From positions 192,001-256,000 of the forward strand of contig CAXXFV010000016.1 of assembly GCA_963674595.2 (NCBI GenBank): a DNA stretch of 64,000 nt, written 5' to 3'. Both the position numbers and the translations under genes were made by a program. The notes under the pieces are model-generated. The model did no database searches. It saw only the letters and a program-made list of their open reading frames with translations, and was not told the origin of the DNA. Origin of the DNA: a bacterium. GTDB lineage: Bacteria > Zhuqueibacterota > Zhuqueibacteria > Residuimicrobiales > Krinioviventaceae. This document shows positions 39,790-50,500 of the stretch, piece by piece. Position 1 is the first letter of the stretch. The number at the start of each line of letters is the position of its first letter.

Positions 39790-40869
39790 ATGTCAAATAC
39801 CTATGCTGTAATTATGGCTGGTGGTGTTGGCAGCAGGTTTTGGCCTAAAAGCCGTAAATCGTTACCGAAACAATACCTGAACCTAATCGGTGATGAAACA
39901 ATGATTCAGATGGCTGCAAGACGTCTGAAACGCCTTGTTGCTGAAGAAAACGTACTGATTGTCACAACAGAAGATCAGGCTGATCTTGTTAAAGATCAAC
40001 TCCCCTGGATTCCAGAGGACAACCTGATTTTCGAACCTTTTGGTAAAAATACGGCCCCATGCATCGGATTATCTGCGATTCATATTAAACATCTTGATCC
40101 GAATGCTGCAATGATTGTCTGTCCCGCTGATCATTTAATAAGCAATTCCGAAAAATATCTTTCAATTCTTGCAGATGGTGTCAAATTGGTCAAAAGTGAT
40201 CCGAATTCATTGGTGACAATAGGTATTGAACCCACCTACGCCTCAACCGGATATGGTTATATCCAATCCGGTGAGCCGGTAGCCGGTGAAATTAAAGGCG
40301 CTTATAAAGTTCAGGCTTTTGCTGAAAAACCCACAACCGAAGTTGCCCGGCAGTTTTTTTCCAGTGGAGAATTTTTATGGAATAGCGGGATTTTTATATG
40401 GAATGTTGAAACAATTCTTAACTATATTGAAGAATTGATGCCGGACCTTTACGACGGACTTTTAAAAATACAAAAAGTTATAGGTAAACCGAATTATAAT
40501 AAAGTAAAAGAGACGGTTTACAAACAAATATACTCTGAATCAATTGATTATGGTGTATTGGAACAGGCCAGAAATGTTTTGGTTTTGGAAGGTGATTTTG
40601 GTTGGAGTGATTTGGGAAGCTGGGAAGAAGTTTATAAAATTTTGCCGAAAGATGAAGATGGAAACGTTGTAAAGGGCCAACCTCTGTTACGGAATGTTAA
40701 AAATAGCTATATTGAGTGTGATAGCAGACTTGTTACACTGGTCGGAGTCGAAGATTTAATTGTTGTCGATACTCCGGATGCCTTGTTGATTTGTAATCCT
40801 AAACATTCTCAGGATGTAAAATGGATCGTAGAAAAGTTAAAACACAACAAACAAAACAACCTCCTGTAA
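39790..40869 (+). CDS. manC: Mannose-1-phosphate guanylyltransferase (no PMI domain)
   Basis: IMAGGVGSRFWP-SR-PKQ, EPFGKNTAPCI, PADH, TGYGYI, FAEKP, WNSGIF, SIDY, WSDLGSW. Confidence 0.92.
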   Translation: MSNTYAVIMAGGVGSRFWPKSRKSLPKQYLNLIGDETMIQMAARRLKRLVAEENVLIVTTEDQADLVKDQLPWIPEDNLIFEPFGKNTAPCIGLSAIHIKHLDPNAAMIVCPADHLISNSEKYLSILADGVKLVKSDPNSLVTIGIEPTYASTGYGYIQSGEPVAGEIKGAYKVQAFAEKPTTEVARQFFSSGEFLWNSGIFIWNVETILNYIEELMPDLYDGLLKIQKVIGKPNYNKVKETVYKQIYSESIDYGVLEQARNVLVLEGDFGWSDLGSWEEVYKILPKDEDGNVVKGQPLLRNVKNSYIECDSRLVTLVGVEDLIVVDTPDALLICNPKHSQDVKWIVEKLKHNKQNNLL

Positions 40870-41150
40870 TTCCGGGAAGTGACGAGAAATATCTTCTGGA
40901 AGAACTTGAAAATATTGCTCGTACATTAAACATACAGGTCAGGACCGAAAAGGGAGACTTTACCAGCTCACTTTGCCGTTTGGGAAAAGAGCACATTATG
41001 TTCCTGAAAAAAGATGAACCTGTTTCGAAAAAGGTTGATGTACTTGCCCGTGAACTTGCGTTACAAAATTTGGAAAATATTAATATTATACCAGCTGTTC
41101 AAAAAATTTTAGATGAAGCAGCTTCTGTTGAAAAAAGACATGCCCATTAG
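40821..41150 (+). CDS. Small hypothetical protein
   Basis: Fills the gap between manC and ptsN; LEELENIA-IQVRTEKGDF-C pattern looks like a real protein; start uncertain because it overlaps manC. Confidence 0.6.
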   Translation: MDRRKVKTQQTKQPPVIPGSDEKYLLEELENIARTLNIQVRTEKGDFTSSLCRLGKEHIMFLKKDEPVSKKVDVLARELALQNLENINIIPAVQKILDEAASVEKRHAH

Positions 41151-41164
41151 TAGGAGAAAAATAT

Positions 41165-41626
41165 ATGAAAAAAATTGAGCTGGAAAATTATTTTAAAGAA
41201 AAGCTTTTTATCACGGAAATGAAGGCCTCAAACAAAGAAGAGGCGCTTAGTGAATTATTGGACCTGTTTGTAGAGGGAAAGTATATAAGAAATCGCGAAA
41301 TTGTTTTAGAGATGTTGCACCAGAGAGAGACCCTTGGAAGTACAGGTATCGGTAAAGGTATTGCAATCCCTCATGGTCGTACAACAGCCGCTGCTGATGT
41401 AACCATTGCATTTGGCCTGTCTCAAAAAGGAATCGAATTTGATTCTATCGACAAAAAGCCTGCACATCTTTTCTTTATGGTAATTGCACCTCCGCATGAT
41501 GAAGGTAATACTTATCTACCGGTTTTGGGGTCTCTTGTGACAATTTTAAATGAGAAAGAAAATCGCGAAAAATTAAAGAATGTAGGATCTTTTTCAGAAT
41601 TTTTACCTATTATTTCTGGAGAATAG
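41165..41626 (+). CDS. ptsN: PTS EIIA (Ntr/fructose-mannitol type)
   Basis: RETLGSTGIGKGIAIPHGR (phospho-His), FDSIDKKPAHLFF. Confidence 0.8.
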   Translation: MKKIELENYFKEKLFITEMKASNKEEALSELLDLFVEGKYIRNREIVLEMLHQRETLGSTGIGKGIAIPHGRTTAAADVTIAFGLSQKGIEFDSIDKKPAHLFFMVIAPPHDEGNTYLPVLGSLVTILNEKENREKLKNVGSFSEFLPIISGE

Positions 41627-41629
41627 TGA

Positions 41630-41965
41630 ATGGTTAAAAAAGATTTAGAATTACTCGTTTCTTTACAGGATATTGACTTGATGATAGAAGAGGCGAATGA
41701 CGTTGCAAAATTAGGTTTTGCAATCACCGGATGTGATGAATTAAAAAAAGCCCGACAAGAACTTGCGACAAATATTAGCAAGCCTTTATTGTCCCGCTAT
41801 GAAAGATTACGAGCAAAATTGAAAAGAGCTATTGTGCCTGTAAAGGATGATATTTGTTTGGGATGTTTTTTGCGGCAACCGACATCGATTGGCGCTAAAG
41901 GAAGAGAAGACGAACAAATTTTTACTTGTGAGAATTGCGGTAGAATGCTTTATTGGTTGGATTAA
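41630..41965 (+). CDS. Short C4-type zinc-ribbon protein (DUF164/zf-RING_7, HP0958/CT398-like)
   Basis: LVSLQDID N-terminus; YERLR-AIVPV-CLGC...CENCGRMLY. Confidence 0.8.
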   Translation: MVKKDLELLVSLQDIDLMIEEANDVAKLGFAITGCDELKKARQELATNISKPLLSRYERLRAKLKRAIVPVKDDICLGCFLRQPTSIGAKGREDEQIFTCENCGRMLYWLD

Positions 41966-41996
41966 AAAAAAGCTACCAGATGATGGTAGCTTTTTT
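41964..41996. terminator. Bidirectional intrinsic terminator between convergent operons
   Basis: AAAAAAAAGCTACCA-gatga-TGGTAGCTTTTTT. Confidence 0.85.
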
Positions 41997-42000
41997 CATA

Positions 42001-43194
42001 TTATATAATACCAATTTGTTTTCCTGTTTTTTCAAAAATATCCAATACCTGGTCTAAAATATCGTCAGTGTGGGTGGCCATATAGCTGGTCCTTATTAAA
42101 CCCATCCCCGGAGGAACAGCCGGGCTGATAACCGGATTGGCAAATATCCCATTTTCATATAATAATCGCCAGAAAGCAAATGTCTTTTCATCCTCGCCTA
42201 TGATAATCGGAATGATGGGGGTCTGACTGTTTCCGGTATTAAATCCCAATTCTTTAAATCCATTTTTCATTTTATGATAATTTGACCATAGTTTTTCACG
42301 TCTCTCCGGCTCGGACTGTAAAATTTCAAGGGCTTTTATTACAGTCGCCACGGCAGCCGGTGGAGGGCTTGCAGAAAATATCAGTGCCCTTGAATTATGC
42401 TTTATATGATGAACAACATCTTCAGTTCCGGCAATAAACCCGCCTATAGAGGCAAATGATTTACTAAAAGTACCCATAATTAAATCGACTTTGTCATTTA
42501 AACCAAAATGTTCTGCCGTTCCCCGACCATTGTTTCCGAGGACACCGATAGAGTGAGCGTCATCTATCATCACACGTGCATTGTGTTTTTCAGCGACTTT
42601 GATTAATTCCGGCAGATCGACGATATCTCCGCCCATACTGAACACACCGTCACTGACGATGAGTATCCCGCCGCTTCCATTTTTATTTAATGTTATTACC
42701 TTGTCAAGATCTTCCATATTATTGTGATGGTATTTTAACGATTTTCCAAAACCTAATCGTGTTCCATCCACAATACTGGCGTGGTTTTCGTTGTCTCCGA
42801 CAACCAAATCTCTACGCCCGATAATAGTCGAAATTGTACCCTGATTTGTTTGAAAACCGGTCGAAAAAATTAAAGCAGCTTCTTTATTCATAAATTCTGC
42901 CAGTTTATCTTCCAGTTCTTCATGTAATGAAAGAGTTCCATTCAGAAACCTGGAACCCGTACAACCTGCCCCAAATTTATCAATCGCATCTTTTGCTGCT
43001 TTTATTACCCGTTTGTCCTGAGTAAGGCCCAAATAATTATTTGAGCCAATCATAATCATATTTTTTCCATCTATTCTAACTTTGGTATCAGCTCCGGATT
43101 GTATGGCCTTAAAATATGGATACCAACCATCCTCAATTGCCTTTGCAGCCCGTGCCGATGTCCCTGTTGAACACTTTGCGAATAAATCTACCAC
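42001..43194 (-). CDS. spt: Alpha-oxoamine synthase, most similar to bacterial serine palmitoyltransferase
   Basis: N-terminal G-YPYF-I-S, GSNNYLGL, GCTGSRFLNGT, NHASIVDG, DDAHSIG, GTFSKSFASIGG (PLP lysine); GGAGG RBS and GTG start. Confidence 0.7.
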   Translation of the reverse strand: MVDLFAKCSTGTSARAAKAIEDGWYPYFKAIQSGADTKVRIDGKNMIMIGSNNYLGLTQDKRVIKAAKDAIDKFGAGCTGSRFLNGTLSLHEELEDKLAEFMNKEAALIFSTGFQTNQGTISTIIGRRDLVVGDNENHASIVDGTRLGFGKSLKYHHNNMEDLDKVITLNKNGSGGILIVSDGVFSMGGDIVDLPELIKVAEKHNARVMIDDAHSIGVLGNNGRGTAEHFGLNDKVDLIMGTFSKSFASIGGFIAGTEDVVHHIKHNSRALIFSASPPPAAVATVIKALEILQSEPERREKLWSNYHKMKNGFKELGFNTGNSQTPIIPIIIGEDEKTFAFWRLLYENGIFANPVISPAVPPGMGLIRTSYMATHTDDILDQVLDIFEKTGKQIGII

Positions 43195-43267
43195 GTTAAT
43201 TCCTCCACCAAATCCACTAATACGCTAAAGGCTTGACATTTTAAATTAATAGATGTCAATTTCGTTA

Positions 43268-43296
43268 AATATAAATATTGTAGAGTATTTTGTCAA
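43268..43296 (-). promoter_or_regulatory. Putative sigma70 promoter of spt
   Basis: TTGACA(43296-91)-17 nt-TATATT(43273-68). Confidence 0.65.
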
Positions 43297-43468
43297 GTTT
43301 TAACTAATTATTGTTAAGGTTTGTTTTTATTTGGGTTGTGATTTTTGTGTCAAAATCAATTGCAGAGTGTTCAAATTTCTGAGCCTTTTATCAGTTTTTT
43401 GAAATATTTTATTTTCTATTTATTGTTTTTAACATTGAAAATATTGCATTTATATCGTTTTATGGCAA

Positions 43469-43484
43469 TGGTACGATTGTTGGT
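43469..43484 (+). promoter_or_regulatory. Possible sigma54 (-24/-12) promoter of the secreted-protein cluster
   Basis: TGGTACGATTGTTGGT compared with consensus TGGCACG-N4-TTGC(A/T): correct spacing, two mismatches. Confidence 0.4.
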
Positions 43485-43542
43485 AATAAAAAACTATGTT
43501 TAACTCTGTTATTTTTAAAAAGCCTGATTTGGAGGTTTTATT

Positions 43543-46281
43543 ATGAAAAAATGTTTTTTTTATGGAATCTTTTTTTGTTTAATAAATACTAGTTTTGCAA
43601 TCGATATGATTGCCGATATTTCCAATCCGGTTGAAACTGAGTTCGGTATTTATCAACCCTTTCCGGTTTTAATTACACCGCAAATTATTGACCCCCAGCC
43701 TGGAGGAAATCTGGAGAATGTTGTAAATTTGGGAGATTTTGAATTTGATCCTAAAAGTTTACAGATGTTAAAAAGTAATCAGTTTGTAGTGACATCTGCA
43801 ACATATTCCAAACCCGGCAGTGAAGCCACAGGTTTTAAAGAGATGTTTGATGTATATAATGATTGCCGGGAAAACGGGATTCCTGCATTTGTAACAACCG
43901 ATGCCATGCTTCATACTTTCCACCTGTGTTTTGATTATATTTTAAAAACCTGTGAAGAAAAAAGATTTTGTTCATTGTTGAATACGCTTTTGGACTCTTT
44001 GCTGATTGAAACTCAGCGTCAATATTCCATCACAAATAACGATGTGATACGGTCTGCAATTATCAGCAATATGGATTATCTCATTGTTGCAAAAAAACTG
44101 TTGGACAGCACCTATGTAGAGCCTGTTAATGGCGGAAAGTACCTTGAAGAGCTTGAGCTTATCCGACAGGCAAATGGTTTTTCTTTATCCCCAATATTTG
44201 ATTATGATGAAGATTATTCTCAATATATTGTTCGCGGGCATTATACAGACAGCGAACAGCTTTCTGCTTATTTTAAATCAATGATGTGGCTGGGGAGGAT
44301 GACCTTTGCCTGTGTAGCGCCGGATGATGAAGCAAGCCGGCAAGCCACTCAACGGGCTATTTTACTGGTACAGGCATTAATGAATGTCAATATAAACGAT
44401 CGGACGGCACTGGAAATTTGGGATGAAATTTATCAGCCGACTGTGTTTTTTGTCGGAAAAAGTGATGATATAAATTTTTACCAGTACATTACAATTGCAC
44501 AGCAAGTCTATGGCGTCGAGTTTTCATCTCTTTATCCGGATGCTTTTGCAGATGATGACAATTTGACTGAATTTTTAAATCATACAAAAGAATTTCCTGT
44601 TGCGGCCATTACTTATCCGGGGCAGCCGATTAAAGGCTTTCGATTTATGGGACAGCGTTTTATTCCGGATTCCTGGGTGCTTGATGAACTTGTTATGACA
44701 AAAATACCGGGCCGTGCTATGCCAAAAGGATTGGATGTGATGATAGTGCTGGGTGATGAAAAAGCTTTTGATTATTTGCCACAGGAAGACAGGAACAATC
44801 CATTTTATACGGAAAAGCTTGATTCCCTTGTTAATATTTTTAAAAATTATGCACCTGAGATTTGGGCGCAAAATGTTTATTGGAACTGGCTTTATTCTCT
44901 CATGCCGATGCTGGCTTTAAAAGGAGAGGGCTATCCGTTTTATATGCGGACCGATGCCTGGGGCGACAAGGATTTGCTTGCTGCTTTAGCATCCTGGGCC
45001 GAGTTACGGCATGATACTATTTTATATGCAAAACAAAGTGGTTCAGAAACCAGTATGCCGCCGACAACAGGATTAGTTCAGGGATATGTCGAACCAAATC
45101 CGCATTTGTTTGGCCGGCTAGCCGCTTTGGCCAGTTTTTTACAAACAGGACTGCAAAATAAAGGTTTGTTGTTTGAAGAGTTTGAATTTTCTTTGAACAG
45201 TTTTTATGAAACAAGTAAGAGTTTAAAAACAATAGCTGAAAAAGAGTTAACAAATGAATCGCTGACAGCAGAAGAGTATAAACTCATTTTTGATTTTGGA
45301 AAAACGATTTATAGAATTATAGGATTTGAACAATATGCTGAAGGCCCCAGTAATTATGATGATGATATTGAACCCATGCCGGTCGTCGCGGATGTTCATA
45401 CGGATGGAAATAGCTTAACCGTATTGGAAGAAGGTGTCGGCTTTCCCTATGCCATTTATGTTATCTGTAATATTGAAGGCCGCCCTGTTTTAACAAAGGG
45501 TGCCGGGTATTCTTATTACGAATTTACCAAACCGCTTACTGAACGTATGACCGATGAAAAATGGCGGGAAACATTACAAACAGAGCCGCCGTCACCGCCG
45601 ACATGGTCTCAGTCTTTTTATGTAAATCAGGATTCATGGATCAACTCGAATCCGGAGTTTAGCTATGGTTATAAAAATGAAACAAAATATTTAACATGTG
45701 ATGTAACTCCGGAATCACCGGCCCAGGGCGACTCGGTTGAAATTAAAGTAGAACTGTTTGGATATAACCTGGAAGATGATGTTGCTATAAAACTGACATT
45801 TGAAAACGGTAGTGAAATGACAGTTGATAATTTAAACCATTCATCATATAATTTATGGACGGCCAAAATTCCGTCGACAAATTTTGTGCCCGGCCAGGTT
45901 TATATTGATGTAAATATTTCCGGTTCCGGTAATTCGCCGGATTATCGCACCAGTTTTATACTCAATAGCAGTTCTATTATTGTCGATAAATCCGTCTCAC
46001 CTGCGATATTTCAATTATACCAGAACTGGCCCAATCCTTTTAATTCGCAAACGAAAATTCAGTTTGATTTGAAAAAACAGTCATATATTTCTGTTGTCAT
46101 TTTTGATGTAAACGGGCGTCGTTTAAAAACCGTATATCAAGGCAACCAGGGACCGGGGCAATATTCGCTTGTATGGGACGGCAAAGATGAAAATGGATCT
46201 GTCGTTTGCAGCGGTGTTTATTATTATCGGTTAGAAACAGACTATTTTAATGACATAAAGAGTATGGTTCTTTTGAAATAG
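43543..46281 (+). CDS. Secreted DUF3160-domain protein with Ig-like region and C-terminal sorting domain
   Basis: Signal peptide SFA-I; FVTTDAMLH, EDYSQYIVRGHYT, YFKSMMWLGR, FRFMGQRF, ASWAELRHDTILYAKQS, GYVEP, SYYEF; LYQNWPNPFN. Confidence 0.88.
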   Translation: MKKCFFYGIFFCLINTSFAIDMIADISNPVETEFGIYQPFPVLITPQIIDPQPGGNLENVVNLGDFEFDPKSLQMLKSNQFVVTSATYSKPGSEATGFKEMFDVYNDCRENGIPAFVTTDAMLHTFHLCFDYILKTCEEKRFCSLLNTLLDSLLIETQRQYSITNNDVIRSAIISNMDYLIVAKKLLDSTYVEPVNGGKYLEELELIRQANGFSLSPIFDYDEDYSQYIVRGHYTDSEQLSAYFKSMMWLGRMTFACVAPDDEASRQATQRAILLVQALMNVNINDRTALEIWDEIYQPTVFFVGKSDDINFYQYITIAQQVYGVEFSSLYPDAFADDDNLTEFLNHTKEFPVAAITYPGQPIKGFRFMGQRFIPDSWVLDELVMTKIPGRAMPKGLDVMIVLGDEKAFDYLPQEDRNNPFYTEKLDSLVNIFKNYAPEIWAQNVYWNWLYSLMPMLALKGEGYPFYMRTDAWGDKDLLAALASWAELRHDTILYAKQSGSETSMPPTTGLVQGYVEPNPHLFGRLAALASFLQTGLQNKGLLFEEFEFSLNSFYETSKSLKTIAEKELTNESLTAEEYKLIFDFGKTIYRIIGFEQYAEGPSNYDDDIEPMPVVADVHTDGNSLTVLEEGVGFPYAIYVICNIEGRPVLTKGAGYSYYEFTKPLTERMTDEKWRETLQTEPPSPPTWSQSFYVNQDSWINSNPEFSYGYKNETKYLTCDVTPESPAQGDSVEIKVELFGYNLEDDVAIKLTFENGSEMTVDNLNHSSYNLWTAKIPSTNFVPGQVYIDVNISGSGNSPDYRTSFILNSSSIIVDKSVSPAIFQLYQNWPNPFNSQTKIQFDLKKQSYISVVIFDVNGRRLKTVYQGNQGPGQYSLVWDGKDENGSVVCSGVYYYRLETDYFNDIKSMVLLK

Positions 46282-46295
46282 GGATTGAGAATAAA

Positions 46296-46535
46296 ATGAT
46301 ACGACCAAAATTAGTCTGTTTTCTAATGATAGCAAGTGCGTTACCATTATATGCCCAACTCGTTTCTGTTAAAACGGTTCCGGTTGTAACAGGAGACCAG
46401 TTTGTATTGTATCCATCACAAAATATGGCAATGGGAAATGTCCGTTATATTAATCCGGCCTTAAAAACCGGTGATAAGACTTTTGAAAAATTACGTGTTT
46501 TTACAAATCAATTAACACTTTCAGTTTCGTTTTAG
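46296..46535 (+). pseudogene. Probable internally deleted remnant of a secreted/outer-membrane protein
   Basis: Signal peptide LYA-Q, conserved-looking LVSVKTVPVVTGDQFVLYPSQNMAMG, then an abrupt beta-signal-like end NQLTLSVSF; only 79 aa. Confidence 0.4.
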
Positions 46536-46537
46536 TT

Positions 46538-47515
46538 TTGAGTAAAGAGATGTTTAAAGTTATGAATATATTATTATTATACTGGGTGGTTGTTTTAATG
46601 TCCTGTTCCAGTCCTTTTGAGCAGGAGCCTGTTAATGCCGGGATTAATATTTATTTGTTGCAAGATCAACAAGATACATCAAATCTAAATAATGAACCGC
46701 TCGTTAACCTGAAATTAAATGAAAAACCCTGGATTGCTTCCAACAATATAGAAAGATATGATTGGTCTACGCATACCATATATTTAAAATCTGCTGTCCA
46801 GCTTCCTGATAATTATAATAATATTTTGGGAAAATATTTTGTTGTTACTGCAAACGGTGTTGCCTGTTATGTGGGGCAATTTTGGGGATACCATTTATCC
46901 TCAATTCCTCAAAATCCGGTGTATAATGTGCCCAGTGAACGTTCAGAAATTACTTGTTTGCCTATTGATCCATCAATTGGAACGCTTTTAGAGCTAGCCG
47001 TCATGGATCCCCGGTACGATGTTCGAGTTAAGCAAGCTCTTGTCTCTTCAGGATTATTTTTTGCCGGAATAGATTGTGTTTTGGATAGTGTATCTGTTTT
47101 TCAGCAATCTGCCAACAAAACAACGGTCTCATATTCATTTAGTATCATCAATCAAACAGATAAAGATATTTTTGTGTTTGATCCTTTGAAAATGGGAACG
47201 GACATTTTTCACTATTATACGAATGGTATTCAATTCAATGCAGGACGAGAATCTATTGTGCGGGGACGGACCGATTCCATAGATTTTTCTCCGGAAGCTT
47301 ATATTAGTATGGATTGGTTTGTTAAATTGGGGAACAAGGAAAAAATAACACGAACGGTTAATTTGTCCGGTTACCCGGAAATTCCGGAGGAGCAATATTC
47401 GTGTTATTTTTATTATGAAATGCCCTATAGATTATTAGATATGTTGAACGTTTCCGAAGGAATTTTATGGACCGGACGTATAAAATCATCTGTTTTGTCT
47501 GTTGCTGTTAAATGA
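46538..47515 (+). CDS. Hypothetical lipoprotein
   Basis: Hydrophobic stretch and lipobox VLMS-C; start probably ATG 46550 or 46562. Confidence 0.65.
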   Translation: MSKEMFKVMNILLLYWVVVLMSCSSPFEQEPVNAGINIYLLQDQQDTSNLNNEPLVNLKLNEKPWIASNNIERYDWSTHTIYLKSAVQLPDNYNNILGKYFVVTANGVACYVGQFWGYHLSSIPQNPVYNVPSERSEITCLPIDPSIGTLLELAVMDPRYDVRVKQALVSSGLFFAGIDCVLDSVSVFQQSANKTTVSYSFSIINQTDKDIFVFDPLKMGTDIFHYYTNGIQFNAGRESIVRGRTDSIDFSPEAYISMDWFVKLGNKEKITRTVNLSGYPEIPEEQYSCYFYYEMPYRLLDMLNVSEGILWTGRIKSSVLSVAVK

Positions 47516-47572
47516 GGTTTAGTAATTATTAAAAAAGTGTATTTTTAGTTTGATTTTTAGAGAGGATTTGTT

Positions 47573-50500
47573 ATGAAACGATTTTTAAATTTCGTTTTTA
47601 TCTTTATGTTATTGTTTGTTGTATCAAATGTAATGGCAGCATCAGAAATTACACAATCACAAAAGCAGATAGCGAAATTTATAAAAGCCAAGCTGACGCT
47701 GCAATCCGGTGGAATGCTAAAAAGTGTGTATTCTACGACTCTACAGGAAAAAACGGAACAAACCGGCAGTATTTCCGGAACTATTTCCGGAGTGAGCTCC
47801 GACATGCCTTATGGAAATGTTTTTGTTGAGGCAATTTGTGCGGATTCTTTGCAAAATTTAGATGATCCGGCCAATCCAAAAGGCCTTGCCGTTGTTAATG
47901 AAGACGGTACATTTTTAATAGAAGGTCTTGCGGAGGGACATTATATTGTAGTTGCCTGGGCTGACGGATATGAGTTGCTTTATTATAATAACACAACCAA
48001 TAGGGGTGATGCTGAGCTTGTTTTTGTACGAGAGGGTGTTGAAACAAGCGGAATAGATTTTGATATGACACCTGTTGTTCCCGGCTCCGGCATTATTTCC
48101 GGACGTGTTGTCAACAATGCCGATCTTCATCCCATTGGCCATGCCTTTGTTCAGGTCTCTTCTCCAACGTTATTAGATAGATACGGTTGGGCCCAGGTCG
48201 ATCAGGATGGGTATTATGAAATTACCGGCCTGAAAAGCGGTGATTATCTGGCCGTTGCCCGTGCTGATGGATTTCTGGAACAGTATTATGACAATGCGGC
48301 TTCCAGGTCCGATGCTTTGCTTATTTCAGTGACTGATTCTCAACAGGTCGAAAACATTGATTTTTCCTTAAAGATGGGCGGCAGTATCAGCGGAACAGTA
48401 ATCGATTCAGAAGGGAATCCCGTTTTTGAGTCGGCCGTTTATGTTATGATGGCTTTTCAGGATTCCATTTTTAATGAAAACGGTGATTTAAAGCCAGGTG
48501 GTTATTATGATTATGCCAAAGCTGTTACAGATGAAAATGGCTACTATATAATTAGCGGTTTAGTTCCCGGTGAATATATAGTACGGGCCGCAATTTGGGA
48601 CAGATATGGATATGAAGAAAAATGGTATGATGATGTGTTAACATGGGAAGAGGCTACGCCGGTTTCTGTACAGGAAGAACAAAACGTCACTGGTATTGAC
48701 TTTACCATGTCTTTAAAAATTTCTAATGGCCTGATTTCGGGCCGGGTAATTAATGCTTACAGTAATCCGGTTGAGAATGCTAATATTCAGGTACGGTCTG
48801 TGTATACCGGGGATAATAGTCAACGTGTTTGGTCCTATGCAAAAACAGATTCACAGGGTTTTTATGCTGTTCGTGAATTGCCGGATGATGAATATTATGT
48901 TTCTGTTTATGCTCAGAACGGCTGGCAAAGCGTTCAACAATGGTGGCCCGGTGTTGATGATATGGCAAGTGCTACGCCTGTTTCTATTGTTAACGGAAGG
49001 ACGGAGCAGCCGATTGACTTTCAGCTCCCGATTGTTCCCGGAACGGCTATTTTGTCCGGTACCGTCCGAAAAATGGATGGAACGCCGATAAGCTCCGCTA
49101 ATATTCAGGTCAGTCCGGCAGAGGAAAAACAAACACCCGGATTAAATGTCTGGGCATGGGCATCTACAGACAGTAACGGCTTTTATCAGGTAAGTAAATT
49201 ACCGGCAGGTGATTATGTGGTAGCCGCCAGCAAGTGGGAAAGTGAGAATTTTGGTCAACAATGGTACGATCACGCCGACAGTCTTTCTTTGGCTACCGTT
49301 GTCACCCTGGGTGCCCGTGAGCATGAACCGAATATTAATTTTGATTTTGATCCACGGCCCATGTACGGATCGATAGCGGGTATGGTTTCTGACTCTTTAA
49401 CCGGTACGGCAATAGATCGAGCTTTTATTGAGGTTAAACCTGTTTACGCATCACGTTGGTATATGTATCCCGGGTTTGCGGCCTGGTCATTTTATGATAT
49501 TACCGACGAAAATGGACTGTTTTCCATAGATTACCTGTGGGAAGGTGAATATTATATTACGGTCCATGCAAACGGAAGTTTTGAATATTATAATGATGCT
49601 GTTGTTGAGAGTATGGCGCAGCCTGTAAAGGTGACAGGTGGTGAAAAAAGTGAAATAGATTTTTCTCTTGTAAAAAGAAATGACGGAACAGGGGCGATTA
49701 GTGGAAATGTATTGTCTGAATGGGATGATACACCTTTTGAAATCGCAATAGTAACAGCCAAACCTGCTGTAACAATCGCTCAATGGCCCTATTCGGAATT
49801 ATATTATACAGCCGTTACGGCTGTTGACGGCTCTTATAAACTTGAAGGCTTGCCGCCCGGTGAATATCTTGTAAAAGGGTCCAGTTATTTTGCCATTTCC
49901 GAGTATTATGACAATGTGTTCGATCCGGCTGAAGCCGAACTTGTTCAGGTTGCTGAAAACATTACAACGGAAAATATAAACTTTATGATTTCACCTGCCT
50001 ATTGGTTGTTCCTCGATTATGGCTATCCTGAAAAAAGTGAAACTATGATCAGCGGGAACATTTCTGATAGTGACGGAAATCCGTTACCACAAGCCAATGT
50101 GTATGTTTTTGATCAAGCCGGCCAAGCCATTTTCAGTTGTCAGGCAAATGCTCAGGGAAACTATCAGGTGAACGGTCTGCCGCCCGGAAACTATGTCCTT
50201 CAGGTGACAAAAGAAGGTTTTTCAAGTTTGTTTAACGGAAATGTCAGTGTATTGGAACAGGCCGTACCCATAGAACTGAATGGTATGGTAAACATAAATT
50301 TTACATTGCCGGAAATAGGTTCTACTCATGTTTCCGATGAAGATAAATCGTTGTTGCCGAAATCTGTAACACTGCTGGGTAACTATCCCAATCCTTTTAA
50401 TCCGGAAACAATGATAACTTTTTCTATCCCGGAAATGATGGATGTAACGTTAAAAGTCTACAATATTTCGGGTGAACTTGTTAAAGTGCTTGCTGACGGC

